Program-made: the position numbers and the translations under genes
Notes under the pieces: generated by a model
The model's input: the letters and a program-made list of their open reading frames with translations, nothing else
The model's database searches: none
Told to the model about the DNA's origin: nothing
In this document: positions 46,800-59,283 of the stretch, piece by piece
Numbering within the stretch: the first letter of the stretch is position 1
How the letters are laid out: each line of letters starts with the position of its first letter
Source: Macrostomum lignano
Lineage: Eukaryota
Length of the DNA stretch: 64,000 bases
Direction: 5' to 3'
NCBI GenBank assembly: GCA_002269645.1
Contig: NIVC01002162.1
Span: forward strand, 62,001-126,000

Positions 46800-47915
46800 T
46801 CCCAAGACAGCAAGCATCCTCAGACAACATTCAAGCATTGATCCCCAAATAGCAAGCATCCCCCAGACTGCAAGCATCCCCCAGATAGCAAGCATCCCCA
46901 GATAGCAAGCATCCCCCAGACTGCAAGCATCCCCCCGATAGCAAGCATTCCCCCAGACCCCAGATAGCAAGCATCCCCCAGATAGCAAGCATCCCGCAGA
47001 TAGCAAGCATCCCCCAGATAGCAAGCATTCCTCAGATAGCAAGCATCCCCCAGATCGCAAGCATCCCCAGATAGCAAGCATTCCCCCAGACCCCAGATAG
47101 CAAGCGTCCCCCAGATGGCAAGCATCCCCAGATAGCAAGCATCCCCCAGACTGCAAGCATCCCCCCGATAGCAAGCATTCCCCCAGACCCCAGATAGCAA
47201 GCATCCCCCAGATAGCAAGCATCCCGCAGATAGCAAGCATCCCCCAGATAGCAAGCATTCCTCAGATAGCAAGCATCCCCCAGATCGCAAGCATCCCCAG
47301 ATAGCAAGCATTCCCCCAGACCCCAGATAGCAAGCGTCCCCCAGATAGCAAGCATCCCGCAGATAGCAAGCATCCCCCAGATAGCAAGCATTCCTCAGAT
47401 AGCAAGCATCCCCCAGATCGCAAGCATCCCCAGATAGCAAGCATTCCCCCAGACCCCAGATAGCAAGCGTCCCCCAGATGGCAAGCATCCCCAGATAGCA
47501 AGCATCCCCCAGACTGCAAGCATCCCCCGATAGCAAGCATTCCCCCAGACCCCAGATAGCAAGCATCCCCCAGATAGCAAGCATCCCGCAGATAGCAAGC
47601 ATCCCCCAGATAGCAAGCATTCCTCAGATAGCAAGCATCCCCCAGATCGCAAGCATCCCCAGATAGCAAGCATTCCCCCAGACCCCAGATAGCAAGCGTC
47701 CCCCAGATAGCAAGCATCCCGCAGATAGCAAGCATCCCCCCCCCAGATAGCAAGCATCCCCCAGACAGCAAGCAACCCCTGATAGCAAGCATAACCTGGA
47801 TACAAAGATACCTTATAGATATCTAGCAACCCCCTCTCAGATAGCAAGTACTCTCCACCCCCAAGAGCAAGCATCCCCCTGATAGCAAGTATCCATCCTT
47901 AAATAGCAAGCATCC
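46800..47915. repeat. ~18-bp minisatellite (AGATAGCAAGCATCCCCC) with higher-order structure
   Basis: Marker GCATTCCCCCAGACC recurs at ~46945, 47078, 47175, 47308, 47441, 47537, 47670 (spacings ~133/97/133/133/96/133). Confidence 0.95.
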
Positions 47916-47974
47916 ACCAGAGAACAAGTAGCTAGTGCAACAATTTCCTTAGCTTTATAATGGTTTCATTTTGT

Positions 47975-49790
47975 TTGGCATGACACTTCTTTTATGTTTG
48001 AAATGGTGTCTCTTTTTTGTTTAAAAAGTGGCTTTTTAATGTTTGACATGGTAGCTCTTTTGTGTTTGACATGATAGCTCTTTAATGTTGGACGTGGTGG
48101 CCCTTTTGTGTTTGACATGGTAGCTCTTTAATGTTTGACATGGTGGCTCTTCTATGTTTGCCATGGCGGCCCTTTTACGTTTGAAATGGTGTCTCTGTTA
48201 TGTTTGACATGGTGGCTTAGTTGTTTGACATGGTGGCTCTTCTATGTTTGACATGGTGGCTCTTCTATGTTTGACATGGCGGCCCTTTTACATTTGAAAT
48301 TGTGTCTTTTTATATTGGGCATAATGGCTCAATAATGTTTTGACATGGTAGCTCTTTTATGTTTGATATGGTGGCTCCCTTATGTGTGACATGGTGTCTT
48401 TTTTATTTTTAATGTTTGACATGGAGTCATATATGTTTGACATGGAGTCATATATGTTTGACATGGAGTCATATATGTTTGACATGGTGGCTCTTTAATG
48501 TTTGACATGGAGTCACGTATATGTTTGACATGGTGGCTCTTTAATGTTTGACATTGAGTCACGTATATGTTTCACATGATGGCTCTTTTATGTTTGACAT
48601 GATGGCTCTTTTATGTTTGACATGGTAGCTCTTTTATATTTTACATGGTGGCTCTTTTATGTTCGACATGGCTGATCTTGAATGTTTGACATGGTGGCTC
48701 TTTAATGTTTGACATGGTGGCTCTTTAATGTTTGACATGGTGGCTCTTTTATGTTTGACATGGTGGCTCCTTAATGTTGAACATGGTGGCTCTTTAATGT
48801 TCGACATGGTGGCTCTTTTATGTTTGACATGATGGCTCTTTTATGTTTGACATGGTAGATCTTTTATGTTTGACATGGTGGCTCTTAAATGTTTGAAATG
48901 TTGTCTCTGTTATGTTCGACATGGTGTCTCTTGAATGTTTGACATGGTGGCTCTTTAATGTTTGACATGGTGGCTCTTTTATGTTCGACATGGTGGCTCT
49001 TTTATGCTCGACATGGTGGCTCTTTAATGTTTGACATGGTGGCTCTTTAATGTTCAACATGGTGGCTATTTTATGCTCGACATGGTGGCTCTTTTATGTT
49101 TGACATGGTGGCTCTTAAATGTTTGAAATGTTGTCTCTGTTATGTTCGACATGGTTTCTCTTGAATGTTTGACATGGTGGCTCTTTAATGTTTGACATGG
49201 TGGCTCTTTTATGTTTGACATGGTGGCTCTTTTATGCTCGACATGGTGGCTCTTTTATGTTTGACATGGTGGCTCTTAAATGTTTGAAATGTTGTCTCTG
49301 TTATGTTCGACATGGTGGCTCTTTTATGTTTGACATGGTAGCTCTTTTATATTTTACTTGGTGGCTCTTTAATGTTTGACATGGTGGCTCTTCAATGTTC
49401 AACATGGTGGCTCTTTAATGTTCGACATGGTGGCTCTTTAATGTTTGACATGATGGCTCTTTTATGTTTGAAATGTTGTCTCTGTTATGTTTGACATAGT
49501 GGCTCTTTAATGTTCGACATGGTGGCTCTTTTATGTTTGACATGATGGCTCTTTTATGTTTGAAATGTTGTCTCTGTTATGTTCGACATGGTGGCTCTTT
49601 AATGTTTGACATGGTGGCTCTTTAATGTTTGACATTGAGTCACGTATATGTTTCACATGGTGGCTCTTTTATGTTTGAAATGGTGGCTCTTTTATGTTTG
49701 ACATGGTGTCTCTTCTGTGTTCTACATGGTGGCACTTTTTTTTGTTTGGCATGGTGGCTCTTTTATATTTGACATTGCGCTTCTTTTATG
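47975..49790. repeat. ~22-bp minisatellite (TTTGACATGGTGGCTCTTT[T/A]ATG), diverged, ~80 units
   Basis: Direct reading; more diverged than the intronic arrays. Confidence 0.92.
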
Positions 49791-49834
49791 TTTAGCATTT
49801 TGTGTTTTAAAGTGTTTTAATAAAAAAATGTTTT

Positions 49835-49905
49835 TGCACTACTAAGATTCGAACCCAGGTCGCTACATTAGCAGTCCAGTCTGTTCCCATCTTGGCTATC
49901 TCTTT
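49835..49905 (-). pseudogene. Degenerate tRNA-like sequence (Ser-GCT-like loop; SINE head or pseudo-tRNA)
   Basis: Minus strand TAGCCAAGATGG...GGACTGCTAAT...CTGGGTTCGAATC shows A/B box remnants, but no intact acceptor stem. Confidence 0.4.
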
Positions 49906-51074
49906 TCAATTGGAGAACATGTATTGTGGCCCTTATAATTCAATTCTTATAGCAAGTCAGTTACAGTAAAAAGTTATGACATAATCAATTTCTCAGTCAG
50001 CCAGTATCAGTCTCAATTCAAGTTAGCAATATGGTTACGCAATTACAATCAAGTCTTGTGTGCATTTTTTCGACACTGTTTTCATCTTGTTGTGATGCAA
50101 TCTTTATCACAATTGAAATTCAGTCAGTCAGTTTTTTCTTTCGCATTTTTACAATTCATTTCAGGTCGAAAGAGCTGCTTGACCTTTGCAAAAAAGCATG
50201 TTTTTCGAATATTTAATCCCTTTAAAATTGAGCAATTTCTTAGCCAAGATGCATGTACCGTCCCAGGAAAATTTCTGATCAAATGGTGCAAGTTTGAAGA
50301 AAATCGGTTGAGCCACTTTTTCTGAAATCTATCGCATAGCTAGATAGTTACAGACATTTCATTTTTAGTATATATGATAACAATGTACTTATCAGATAAG
50401 TGAAAGTGGGCAAGTGGCACAAGTGCAAGTAGTGTACTATACTATAAGTAGAGTATACTATACTATAAGTGACTATAAGTAGTAGTAGAATTTAGTAAAA
50501 ATTTAGTAGAACTTGTAAAATTTTTCAATTCAACTAACTACGGCTAAAGTTATAGTATGATGCTTGTGGACATATGTATATACACGAAAACTACGAGTAT
50601 TTCAAGTCCTCACCGACCTCACAATTTGAAAAGTTTTTTCTCAAAAACGTGTTTGATTTTAAATGCCAAGTGTGATGCTTTCTACTAACAACAGCTAATA
50701 AGTAGTGCAGTTAGGATGCCAATTTTATTTGAATGTAAGAAGAACAATATGGAAGAGCTAGCTTTGCAATTTAAACAACTTTAAATCCTCTTTAAAATCG
50801 ATTCAAACAAAGGAAATAATAACAGTCAAGAAGACGATCTTACCCAGCAGACAATCGGGTACAGAATTGTTTATATTGGGTGAAGTTAAAATTCGTATTT
50901 ACAGAGCAAAAATGATTTCGCAGAAAAAAAATATTTTACGAGCCGTTGTATGCCACGACAGCGTTTACACTGGTTTTAAATGTACATGTATAGGTGCCTT
51001 GGGCTAACCGGCTAACTGTTAAATTGGTACTTTGATTATGCTTGACAGCTGTGTGCTTACCTTGGCCGTCAGAT

Positions 51075-51600
51075 TTAGCTACCTGTCAGATTGGCTAGCT
51101 TTCCTGCCTGATTAGCTACCTTCTCAAATTAGCTACCTGTCAGATTAGCTACCTGTCAGACTAGCTACCTGTCAGATTGGCTACCTGTCAGATTGGCTAC
51201 CTGTCAGATTGGCTACCTGTCAAATTAGCTACCTGTCAAATTAGCTACCTGTCAGATTAGCTACCTGTCAGACTAGCTACCTGTCAGACTAGCTACCTGT
51301 CAGATTAGCTACCTGTCAGATTAGCTACCTGTCAGATTAGCTACCTGTCAGATTAGCTACCTGTCAGATTAGCTACCTGTCAGATTAGCTACCTGTCAGA
51401 TTAGCTACCTGTCAGATTAGCTACCTGTCAGATTAGCTACCTGTCAGATTAGCTACCTGTCAGATTAGCTACCTGTCAGATTAGCTACCTGTCAGATTAG
51501 CTACCTGTCAGATTAGCTACCTGTCAGATTAGCTACCTGTCAGATTAGCTACCTGTCAGATTAGCTACCTGTCAGATTAGCTATCTGTCAGACTAGCTAT
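51075..51600. repeat. 16-bp minisatellite (GATTAGCTACCTGTCA), ~32 copies
   Basis: Direct reading; homogeneous 3' half. Confidence 0.95.
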
Positions 51601-51709
51601 ATGTACCTGCTGTCATGGATTAGGCGCCATGTCATTAGCAACAGGGGCCTAAGGGCCGCTATATGAGCTACATTGCACGTGTACAAACTGTACACTCAGC
51701 CTGCGCAAG

Positions 51710-52794
51710 TCAAGCTGACCCAGCCGGCAGCAGCTGCTCAGTCTGCAGCTTTAACTGACTCAGCGCGTCGTAGGCCGCTAACCGGTTCGTCGTTGGCGTC
51801 GCCAACTTGCCCGGCCCGGTTTGGGGACCCATCGCCAGCTGCAGCTCTTCATAATCGTGCTCGCACAGAATTCGCGACTCGACAATATAGTACCGGTCGC
51901 CGACACAGAAACGCTGATCGCAGTGCTGGCAGGAGAAGCACTCCAAATGATAGACGCTGTTGTCTCTAGTTCGCATGACCATCTCGAAGGCCGGTATGTG
52001 CTTGTGACAGGCGGCGCAGAGGCCTGTGCAGCCGAATAAACGGAGATAGTCTCGACGGCACAGCAGCAGATTGGCTCGGGCAAATAGCGAGGTGCCAACT
52101 TCGGCTAGGCGACAGTCGCAGCAGTGACAGCGAAGGCAGTCCTCGTGCCACAGCTGGTTCATGGCCTGTTGGAGTCCGGATGGCGGGTAGTAGAAGCGTA
52201 GCGATTCGCTGATTGGCTGTCTCAGAATGGGTTGGGGCTAGGAGCCAGGGGCCGATCGACACCCACCCCATGTTTTATAACCACCAAGACAAGCGAAACA
52301 TCTATCTCTTTCTATCTACCCCTCATCAGTTGCTGATTGGCTGGCTTAGAAATAGGTCAGAGCTTAGGGGCTAGGGGTCGATCGAAACCCACCCCATGTT
52401 TTATAACCACCAAGACAAGCGAAACATCTATCTCTTTCTATCTACCCCTTATCAGTTGCTGATTGGCTGGCTTAGAAATGGGTCGGAGCTTAGGGGCTAG
52501 GGGTCGATCGACACCCAATCCATGTTTTATAACCACCGAGACAAGAGAAACATCTATCTCTTCAAGCTACCAGCTTCAAGTTTTTTTTAATTAAATCAAT
52601 TTATGATTAGAAACCAATCGAAAGTTTATCCCTTGAAGTGTATTCGATCCTTCATTGGGTACTGCTACCCACGCAAAACCCCTCACTGGGTGCTTCTACC
52701 AAGTACATCCAACGCCAGTTGCACTCACCTTGAGAAAGAAAGCATCCTCAATGTGCCTGCCGCATCTAGCGCATGCCTGCTCGTCCAACTGCAT
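51710..52794 (-). CDS. LMO1/3: LIM domain only protein, LMO1/3 (rhombotin/Beadex) type, ~173 aa
   Basis: Exons 52794..52729 ([22 protein letters not shown]|GTGAGT) and 52165..51710 (CAG|[24 protein letters not shown]...[26 protein letters not shown]...[19 protein letters not shown]...LCEHDYEE). Two complete LIM domains; an extra 3' exon cannot be excluded. Confidence 0.92.
52211..52565. repeat. ~125-bp unit in three tandem copies inside the LMO intron
   Basis: GATTGGCTG...GATCGACACCCACCCCATGTTTTATAACCACCAAGACAAGCGAAACATCTATCTCTTT starts at ~52211, 52335 and 52461. Confidence 0.9.
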
Positions 52795-53334
52795 CGCGAA
52801 GATTTTATAATAGTAATTATAGTAATGTTAATAATAATAGGTTTAGACAAAGGTGAAAAGAAATTTGATCGAAATCAGCTCAGACCAGCTCGCAGCTCAA
52901 GTCCCCATATTCCATATCTCTATATATATCCATTATTCAGACTGTCAACTCATTTGATTGGAAATCGAGACACAGAATGCCGCTTCATTGGCTGAGATGG
53001 GAGAGAAAGTGAGCAACAGAGAGCTATATGTGGGATTATTTCTCAGCCTCCAGCGGAGCGCGATGAGCAGAAGGGGGCATCAACAGATGGCAGTCACAGA
53101 CACGTGTCGCCAACTTCTGCCTAGCTATATACTCGTAATATATTCCACATCGATTTCTGTAACTCACCACTCCACTCTCTCACTGTGCACCTAGCGGCTG
53201 TCTGTTCGCTCGATATAAATTCAAATTACACGTTTCTGATTGAATAGACACAAAATATAAACTGGTTTCCACTGTGTCATTGTACAACGTAAAATCTAAA
53301 ATAAAATGCCTTCTTGTCAGTGAAATGTGTTAGT

Positions 53335-54480
53335 TTCTGAAGTGTTTATGGTTTGTGAAGTGTCTGTGGTTTGTGAAGTGTCTGTGGTTTGTGAAGTTTT
53401 TAGTTTGTGAAGTGTCTGTGGTTTGTGAAGTGTCTGTGGTTTGTGAAGTGTCTGTGGTTTGTGAAGTGTCTGTGGTTTGTGAAGTGTCTATAGTTTGTGA
53501 AGTGTCTCTGGTTTGTGAAGTGTCTGGTTTGTGAAGTTTTTAGTTTGTGACGTGTCTGTGGTTTGTGAAGTGTCTGTGGTTTGTGAAGTGTCTGTGGTTT
53601 GTGAAGTGTCTGTGGTTTGTGAAGTGTCTATAGTTTGTGAATTGTCTATGGTTTGTGAAGTGTCTGTGGTTTGTGAAGTGTCTGTGGTTTGTGAAGTGTC
53701 TGTGGTTTGTGAAGTGTCTATGGTTTGTGAATTGTCTGTGGTTTGTGAAGTGTCTGTGGTTTGTGAAGTGTCTGTGGTTTGTGAAGTGTCTGTGGTTTGT
53801 GAAGTTTTTAGTTTGTGACGTGTCTGTGGTTTGTGAAGTGTCTGTGGTTTGTGAAGTGTCTGTGGTTTGTGAAGTGTCTGTGGTTTGTGAAGTGTCTATA
53901 GTTTGTGAAGTGTCTCTGGTTTGTGAAGTGTCTGGTTTGTGAATTGTCTCTATAGTTTGTGAAGTGTCTATGGTTTGTGAATTGTCTGTGGTTTGTGAAT
54001 TGTCTATGGTTTGTGAATTGTCTATGGTTTGTGAAGTGTCTGTGGTTTGTGAAGTGTCTGTGGTTTGTGAAGTGTCTGTGGTTTGTGAAGTGTCTATAGT
54101 TTGTGAATTGTCTATGGTTTGTGAAGTGTCTGTGGTTTGTGAAGTGTCTGTGGTTTGTGAAGTGTCTGTGGTTTGTGAAGTGTCTATGGTTTGTGAAGTG
54201 TCTATGGTTTGTGAATTGTCTATGGTATGTGAAGTGTCTGTGGTTTGTGAATTGTCTGTGGTTTGTGAAGTGTCTGTGGTTTGTGAAGTGTCTGTGGTTT
54301 GTGAAGTGTCTGTGGTTTGTGAAGTGTCTGTGGTTTGTGAAGTGTCTATGGTTTGTGAATTGTCTATGGTTTGTGAAGTGTCTGTGGTTTGTGAATTGTC
54401 TGTGGTTTGTGAAGTGTCTGTGGTTTGTGAAGTGTCTGTGGTTTGTGAAGTGTCTATGGTTTGTGAAGTCTAGTTTGCGA
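53335..54480. repeat. 18-bp minisatellite (GTTTGTGAAGTGTCTGTG), ~63 copies
   Basis: Direct reading; source of the (CEVSVV)n/(FTNHRH)n ORFs. Confidence 0.95.
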
Positions 54481-55254
54481 AGTTTGTGAAAATCAGTTTT
54501 CAATCTTAACAAAGGAATCACAAAAGATTTCAAGCAGTTTCTCTAAAAATGTATGGAATAAAACAGCGCAATAATAATCAAACGCAGATTATATGCAAAG
54601 AAATTCTAAAATTTCATTCCCGCTGAAAGCAGCGATAAAAAGCCGACCGGGTATTGCATTCTTGCAAATAAAATTTGTTTACGAGGGAAATTAATTTCTA
54701 AGAATGACTTACTGCCATTTGTTCAGCTGGGGATATTAATTGAAAGCGTGCCAGGCACCGGGCTGCGGGAGAAATGGAGAAGTTCCTGGTGCAGTCGGCG
54801 ACGACTCGCGCCGATCCGGGGAAGATGAAAAGCGTTGATATCGTGGGATTAGGGATTAGGGATTTAGCCAGTATTTTATAGGGCCGGGCTGCTTGAGCAT
54901 TCTGCATTACGCATCGCTGCGCGGCCAAAGATCTCGGGGATCAGATTGGGATTGCCGAGCGGCCATGGAGGCCAGGGACGGCGTTAGTTAGAAACTTGGA
55001 TTGCGGTTATTGTACAACAAAACTTTACTGACATTCTTATTCTGGCTAATCGTTTTCTAAGAAAGCGAAGATCGAGTCTAGGAAATCATAGATTCTCATA
55101 GTAGAGGAACGTTTTTTTCTGAAATAAATCAGTCGTGACAGTCCTATGCGATGCAAACTTTGGGATGCTCTTTTACGTAGGGATTGGCAGCGGTTTTCAG
55201 AGATAATTGTGGGAGACTTTTACGGAGAAATTAGAGGAGATTCTTAGGGAATTG

Positions 55255-56000
55255 GAGATGCTTAGGGGTAATCGAGGGGATGCTTGGAGGGAATTGGAGA
55301 AGATGCTTAGGGGAATTGGAGAAGATGCTTAGGGGAATTGGAGAAGATGCTTAGGGGAATTGGAGATGCTTAGGGGAATTTTAGAAGATGCTTGGAGGGA
55401 ATTGGAGAAGATGCTTGGAGGGAATTGGAGAAGATGCTTGGAGGGAATTGGAGAAGATGCTTGGAGGGAATTGGAGGAGATGCTTGGAGGGAATTGGAGA
55501 AGATGCTTGGAGGGAATTGGAGAAGATGCTTGGAGGGAATTGGAGAAGATGCTTGGAGGGAATTGGAGAAGATGCTTGGAGGGAATTAGAGAAGATGCTT
55601 GGAGGGAATTGGAGAAGATGCTTGGAGGGAATTGGAGAAGATGCTTGGAGGGAATTAGAGAAGATGCTTGGAGGGAATTAGAGAAGATGCTTGGAGGGAA
55701 TTGGAGAAGATGCTTGGAGGGAATTGGAGAAGATGCTTGGAGGGAATTGGAGGAGATGCTTGGAGGGAATTGGAGGAGATGCTTGGAGGGAATTAGAGAA
55801 GATGCTTGGAGGGAATTGGAGGAGATGCTTGGAGGGAATTGGAGGAGATGCTTGGAGGGAATTAGAGAAGATGCTTGGAGGGAATTGGAGGAGATGCTTG
55901 GAGGGAATTGGAGGAGATGCTTGGAGGGAATTAGAGAAGATGCTTGGAGGGAATTGGAGGAGATGCCTAGGGAAATTAGAAGAGATGCTTGGGAGGAATT
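55255..56000. repeat. 23-bp purine-rich minisatellite (TTGGAGAAGATGCTTGGAGGGAA), ~32 copies
   Basis: Direct reading; 23-aa period in read-through ORFs. Confidence 0.95.
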
Positions 56001-56592
56001 ATGAATCCTAAAAAACGATAAAAGAAGTCCCTTGCTCAGAAAAACTTGAAATAAAAATTCTAGAGAATTTAATGAAATATCTTTCACTGCAGCAACTGTG
56101 TTCGATCTGTCTGCAATCGAAGGGAAAATAACCCGCCGATGAAAAGTCGGTATTGATTTCCCTCCCTGAGGGAATCAGCATATAGTAGTGTAGCTTTATA
56201 GATGGCAGAAATGAAAGATCCCTATAGCTAGCTACATGTATATAGGCCTGAGGAATAGGCTCGGCGGGCATCGAAGCATGTAATGGAAAAATTAACCTCC
56301 TCTCTCCCCCACCCCCTTAAGCCAGTCCGAGAGAAAGGCGACTGTAGCGAGAGGGGGGACGCAGAGAGTAGCGGCCGCTTTTTTAACTGCTCTCAAGATA
56401 TTTATCTCAAAATATTCCCAGAACGGTGTGGCATGGCCACGTGCGTACGCTCGGGACTTGAATGGTCTTCTTCTTCTAGCTACTAAATTATAATGAATGA
56501 ATGCTCTTAGGAGCTTGCCTTTAGGCCTATGCGAATTTTATAATAGTGACTGAGACAGCACTGAGTTTATCGTCAATTCCCTGAAGGAAGAT

Positions 56593-56835
56593 TCTCCGGC
56601 TGGTTTATATAGCTGGGGCGATTCTCCAGCTGGTTTATATAGCTGGGGCGATTCTCCAGCTGGTTTATATAGCTGGGGCGATTCTCCAGCTGGTTTATAT
56701 AGCTGGGGCGATTCTCCAGCTGGTTTATATAGCTGGGGCGATTATCCAGCTGGTTTATATAGCTGGGGCGATTCTCCAGCTGGTTTATATCACTGGGAAG
56801 ATTCTCCAACTGGTTTATATAGCTGGGGCGATTTT
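56593..56835. repeat. 30-bp minisatellite (GCTGGTTTATATAGCTGGGGCGATTCTCCA), ~8 copies
   Basis: Direct reading. Confidence 0.93.
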
Positions 56836-57401
56836 CAAAGACGATTCTCCTAACTCGCCAGAATAGCCACTTCAGTAAAATAAAAGCTGAGTAAGACTCA
56901 TGTCCCATCGAATCTTTCTGCACGAGCCACAAAGAACCGCAGGAGGCTAAAAAATGACAGACAAAATTTCAACAAGCAAACAAGAGCAAACAGATTTATC
57001 CCATAGTGAGGACAGAAACTGACAGCCAAGCAAGCACGCAACAGACGCCGGATATTCGAAATCATTCATCTAGCCAATAAAACCCGACCCGAGCAATGTT
57101 CATTCTTTTGGCAAGAAAGACTTCGAGCAGCGAATGAAACAGCTGCCGCGTCTTCAAGAAAGAAGGCAGCTTCCGATCCGAAAACCGGATACCGCTGGCT
57201 GCCGCGGTTCCTCCCGTCGTGCCGCACGCTATCGGATTTCTAGGAAATGCTAGGAAATGCAACCGCCTTAGGTTTCAGCTGGGACACGCTGCGGATGATG
57301 AGGCTAAAAAGCAGTTCATATCACGGGCCGCAAGGGGAAACGAATCTTTAAGGAGGCGGCTGCTGCTATGCCGTCTTTTGTTCAAAGAGGCCAAATAGAA
57401 A

Positions 57402-57910
57402 CTGGGGATCTGGGAGGCTGGCCCAGCAACTGAGGATCTGGGAGGCTGGCCCAGCAACTGAGGATCTGGGAGGCTGCTTCAGCAACTGAGGATCTGGGAG
57501 GCTGACTCAGCAACTGGGGATCTGGGAGGCTGGCCCAGCAACTGAGGATCTGGGAGGCTGGCCCAGCAACTGAGGATCTGGGAGGCTGGCCCAGCAACTG
57601 AGGATCTGGGAGGCTGCTTCAGCAACTGAGGATCTGGGAGGCTGACTCAGCAACTGGGGATCTGGGAGGCTGGCCCAGCAACTGAGGATCTGGGAGGCTG
57701 ACTCAGCAACTGAGGATCTGAGAGGCTGGCTCAGCAACTGAGGATCTGGGATCGAGGCTGGCTCAGCAACTGACACCCTGGGAGGCTGGCCCAGCAACTG
57801 AGGATCTGGGAGGCTGGCCCAGCAACTGAGGATCTGGGAGGCAGGCCGAGCAGCTGACACTCTGGGAGGCTGGCCCAGCAACTGAGAATCTGGGAGGCTC
57901 GCCCAGCAAT
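57402..57910. repeat. 28-bp minisatellite (GATCTGGGAGGCTGGCCCAGCAACTGAG), ~18 copies
   Basis: Direct reading. Confidence 0.93.
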
Positions 57911-58504
57911 CTGGTACATTTAGTTGTAGGCTTTGGCAAAAGATTTCGTAAGCTTTGGCACATAAATTGAGAATTGAAGTGACGTAAAAATTTCAATTCT
58001 TTCCACAAAGGTTTAGAGGAGAAAACGCGCTCGATACTACTTATAGTTGCTTTAACAGTGGTAAAGTAAAATAAAAAAATCATTAAAAAAAGGCAAAAAG
58101 TTTTTCTCTTATTTTGTCAAGCGCTTTGGAAAATTGCGCCATATTTTTTATATAAAAGACTGGAACAAAACGAAATAGAAGATGGCACAGGTGTATTTAT
58201 TAATAGAAAATTGTGACAACACTGACCGGGTAAACGGGAAGGCCAGCTCAGGCAAACGCATCGGTATGCAGAACGATTGTTTCTTGTTTAACAAAGAAAT
58301 GAAAAATGCAAAAGAGAAACAGAAATTTGGCCGTCTGAATTGTTGCAAGAGATTTGGGTAACAGAGGCGATAATAAAAACTATAAAAACACAATCATTGA
58401 ATTGTTTTTGCTGCGCTTTTCAGAAAAATTGGGACGCAATGCTTCGAATGGAAGCAAAAAATAAATGAAATAGATAGGAGCTATATTGACCAAATCTATA
58501 TCAA

Positions 58505-58858
58505 AGCTAAACCTAAACTGATAGCTATTTGCCTATTTGCAGTTAAGCATGTTTTCGATACACATCGGTTCATTGATCTAAACTGGTAGCTATTTGCAGT
58601 TATGCACGTTTTCGATACATATCGGCTCATTGATCTAAAACGATAGCTATTTGCAGTTATGCATGTTTTCGATACATATCGGCTCATTGATCTAAACCGA
58701 TAGCTATTTAAAGTTATAACTGTTTTCGATACATATCGGCTCATTGATCCAAACTGATAGCTATTTAAAGTTATAACTGTTTTTGATACATATCGGCTCA
58801 TTGATCCAAACCGATAGCTATTTAAAGTTATAACTGTTTTCGATACATATCGGCTCAA
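58505..58858. repeat. 57-bp tandem repeat, ~6 copies
   Basis: GATACATATCGGCTCATTGATC...GATAGCTATTT units; 19-aa period in the read-through ORF. Confidence 0.9.
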
Positions 58859-59283
58859 ATAGAACTAAGGGTGAAAATTTTGACAGCGGTATTACGAGCT
58901 CGTAATTTCGACCTAGATCATACAGTTAGCTAGAAAGTTTTTTTCGCTACATATCGGTCTTTATGGAAATAGCTATAGAGGGCAAAATGTATTTTGCAAA
59001 GAACAAAATACGTATAAGAAAACGGAACACACACCTTCAAAAAATTTTTTGAAGGAAGAAAACTAAAAAAAACAAAAGAAAGCTAAATAAAAATTTCAAA
59101 AAACTGACAACAAAGAAAAAAACTGAAATTCAATTTACAGAACACACTACTCAATTGACAGTGAAAATAACAAAATGGCGACAATGTTTAATGACACTTT
59201 TAGAAGACAAAAAAGAATAATAAACTGCCGAGCAGAAGAAAAAAAAGTTTCATGTTTAAAAAACCATGCCACAGTCAGCTGGT

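Larger units (their letters stand above)
46675..50377 (-). mobile_element. Probable non-autonomous Helitron (~3.7 kb) carrying two minisatellite arrays
   Basis: Minus strand begins A|TCATATATACTAAAAATGAAATGTCTGT...GCTCAACCGATTTTCTTCAAACTTG (Helitron-N-like 5' end, TC at 50377-50376). It ends GTCCCCC-ATC-GGGGGGC hairpin + AAAGATTG + CTAG|T (CTAG at 46678-46675), i.e. an A|T insertion without TSD. That the two ends belong to one element is inferred. Confidence 0.6.

Noticed and set aside
57060-57400. GC-richer, coding-looking patch between arrays
   Set aside because: All frames are interrupted, with no convincing splice pair or motif.
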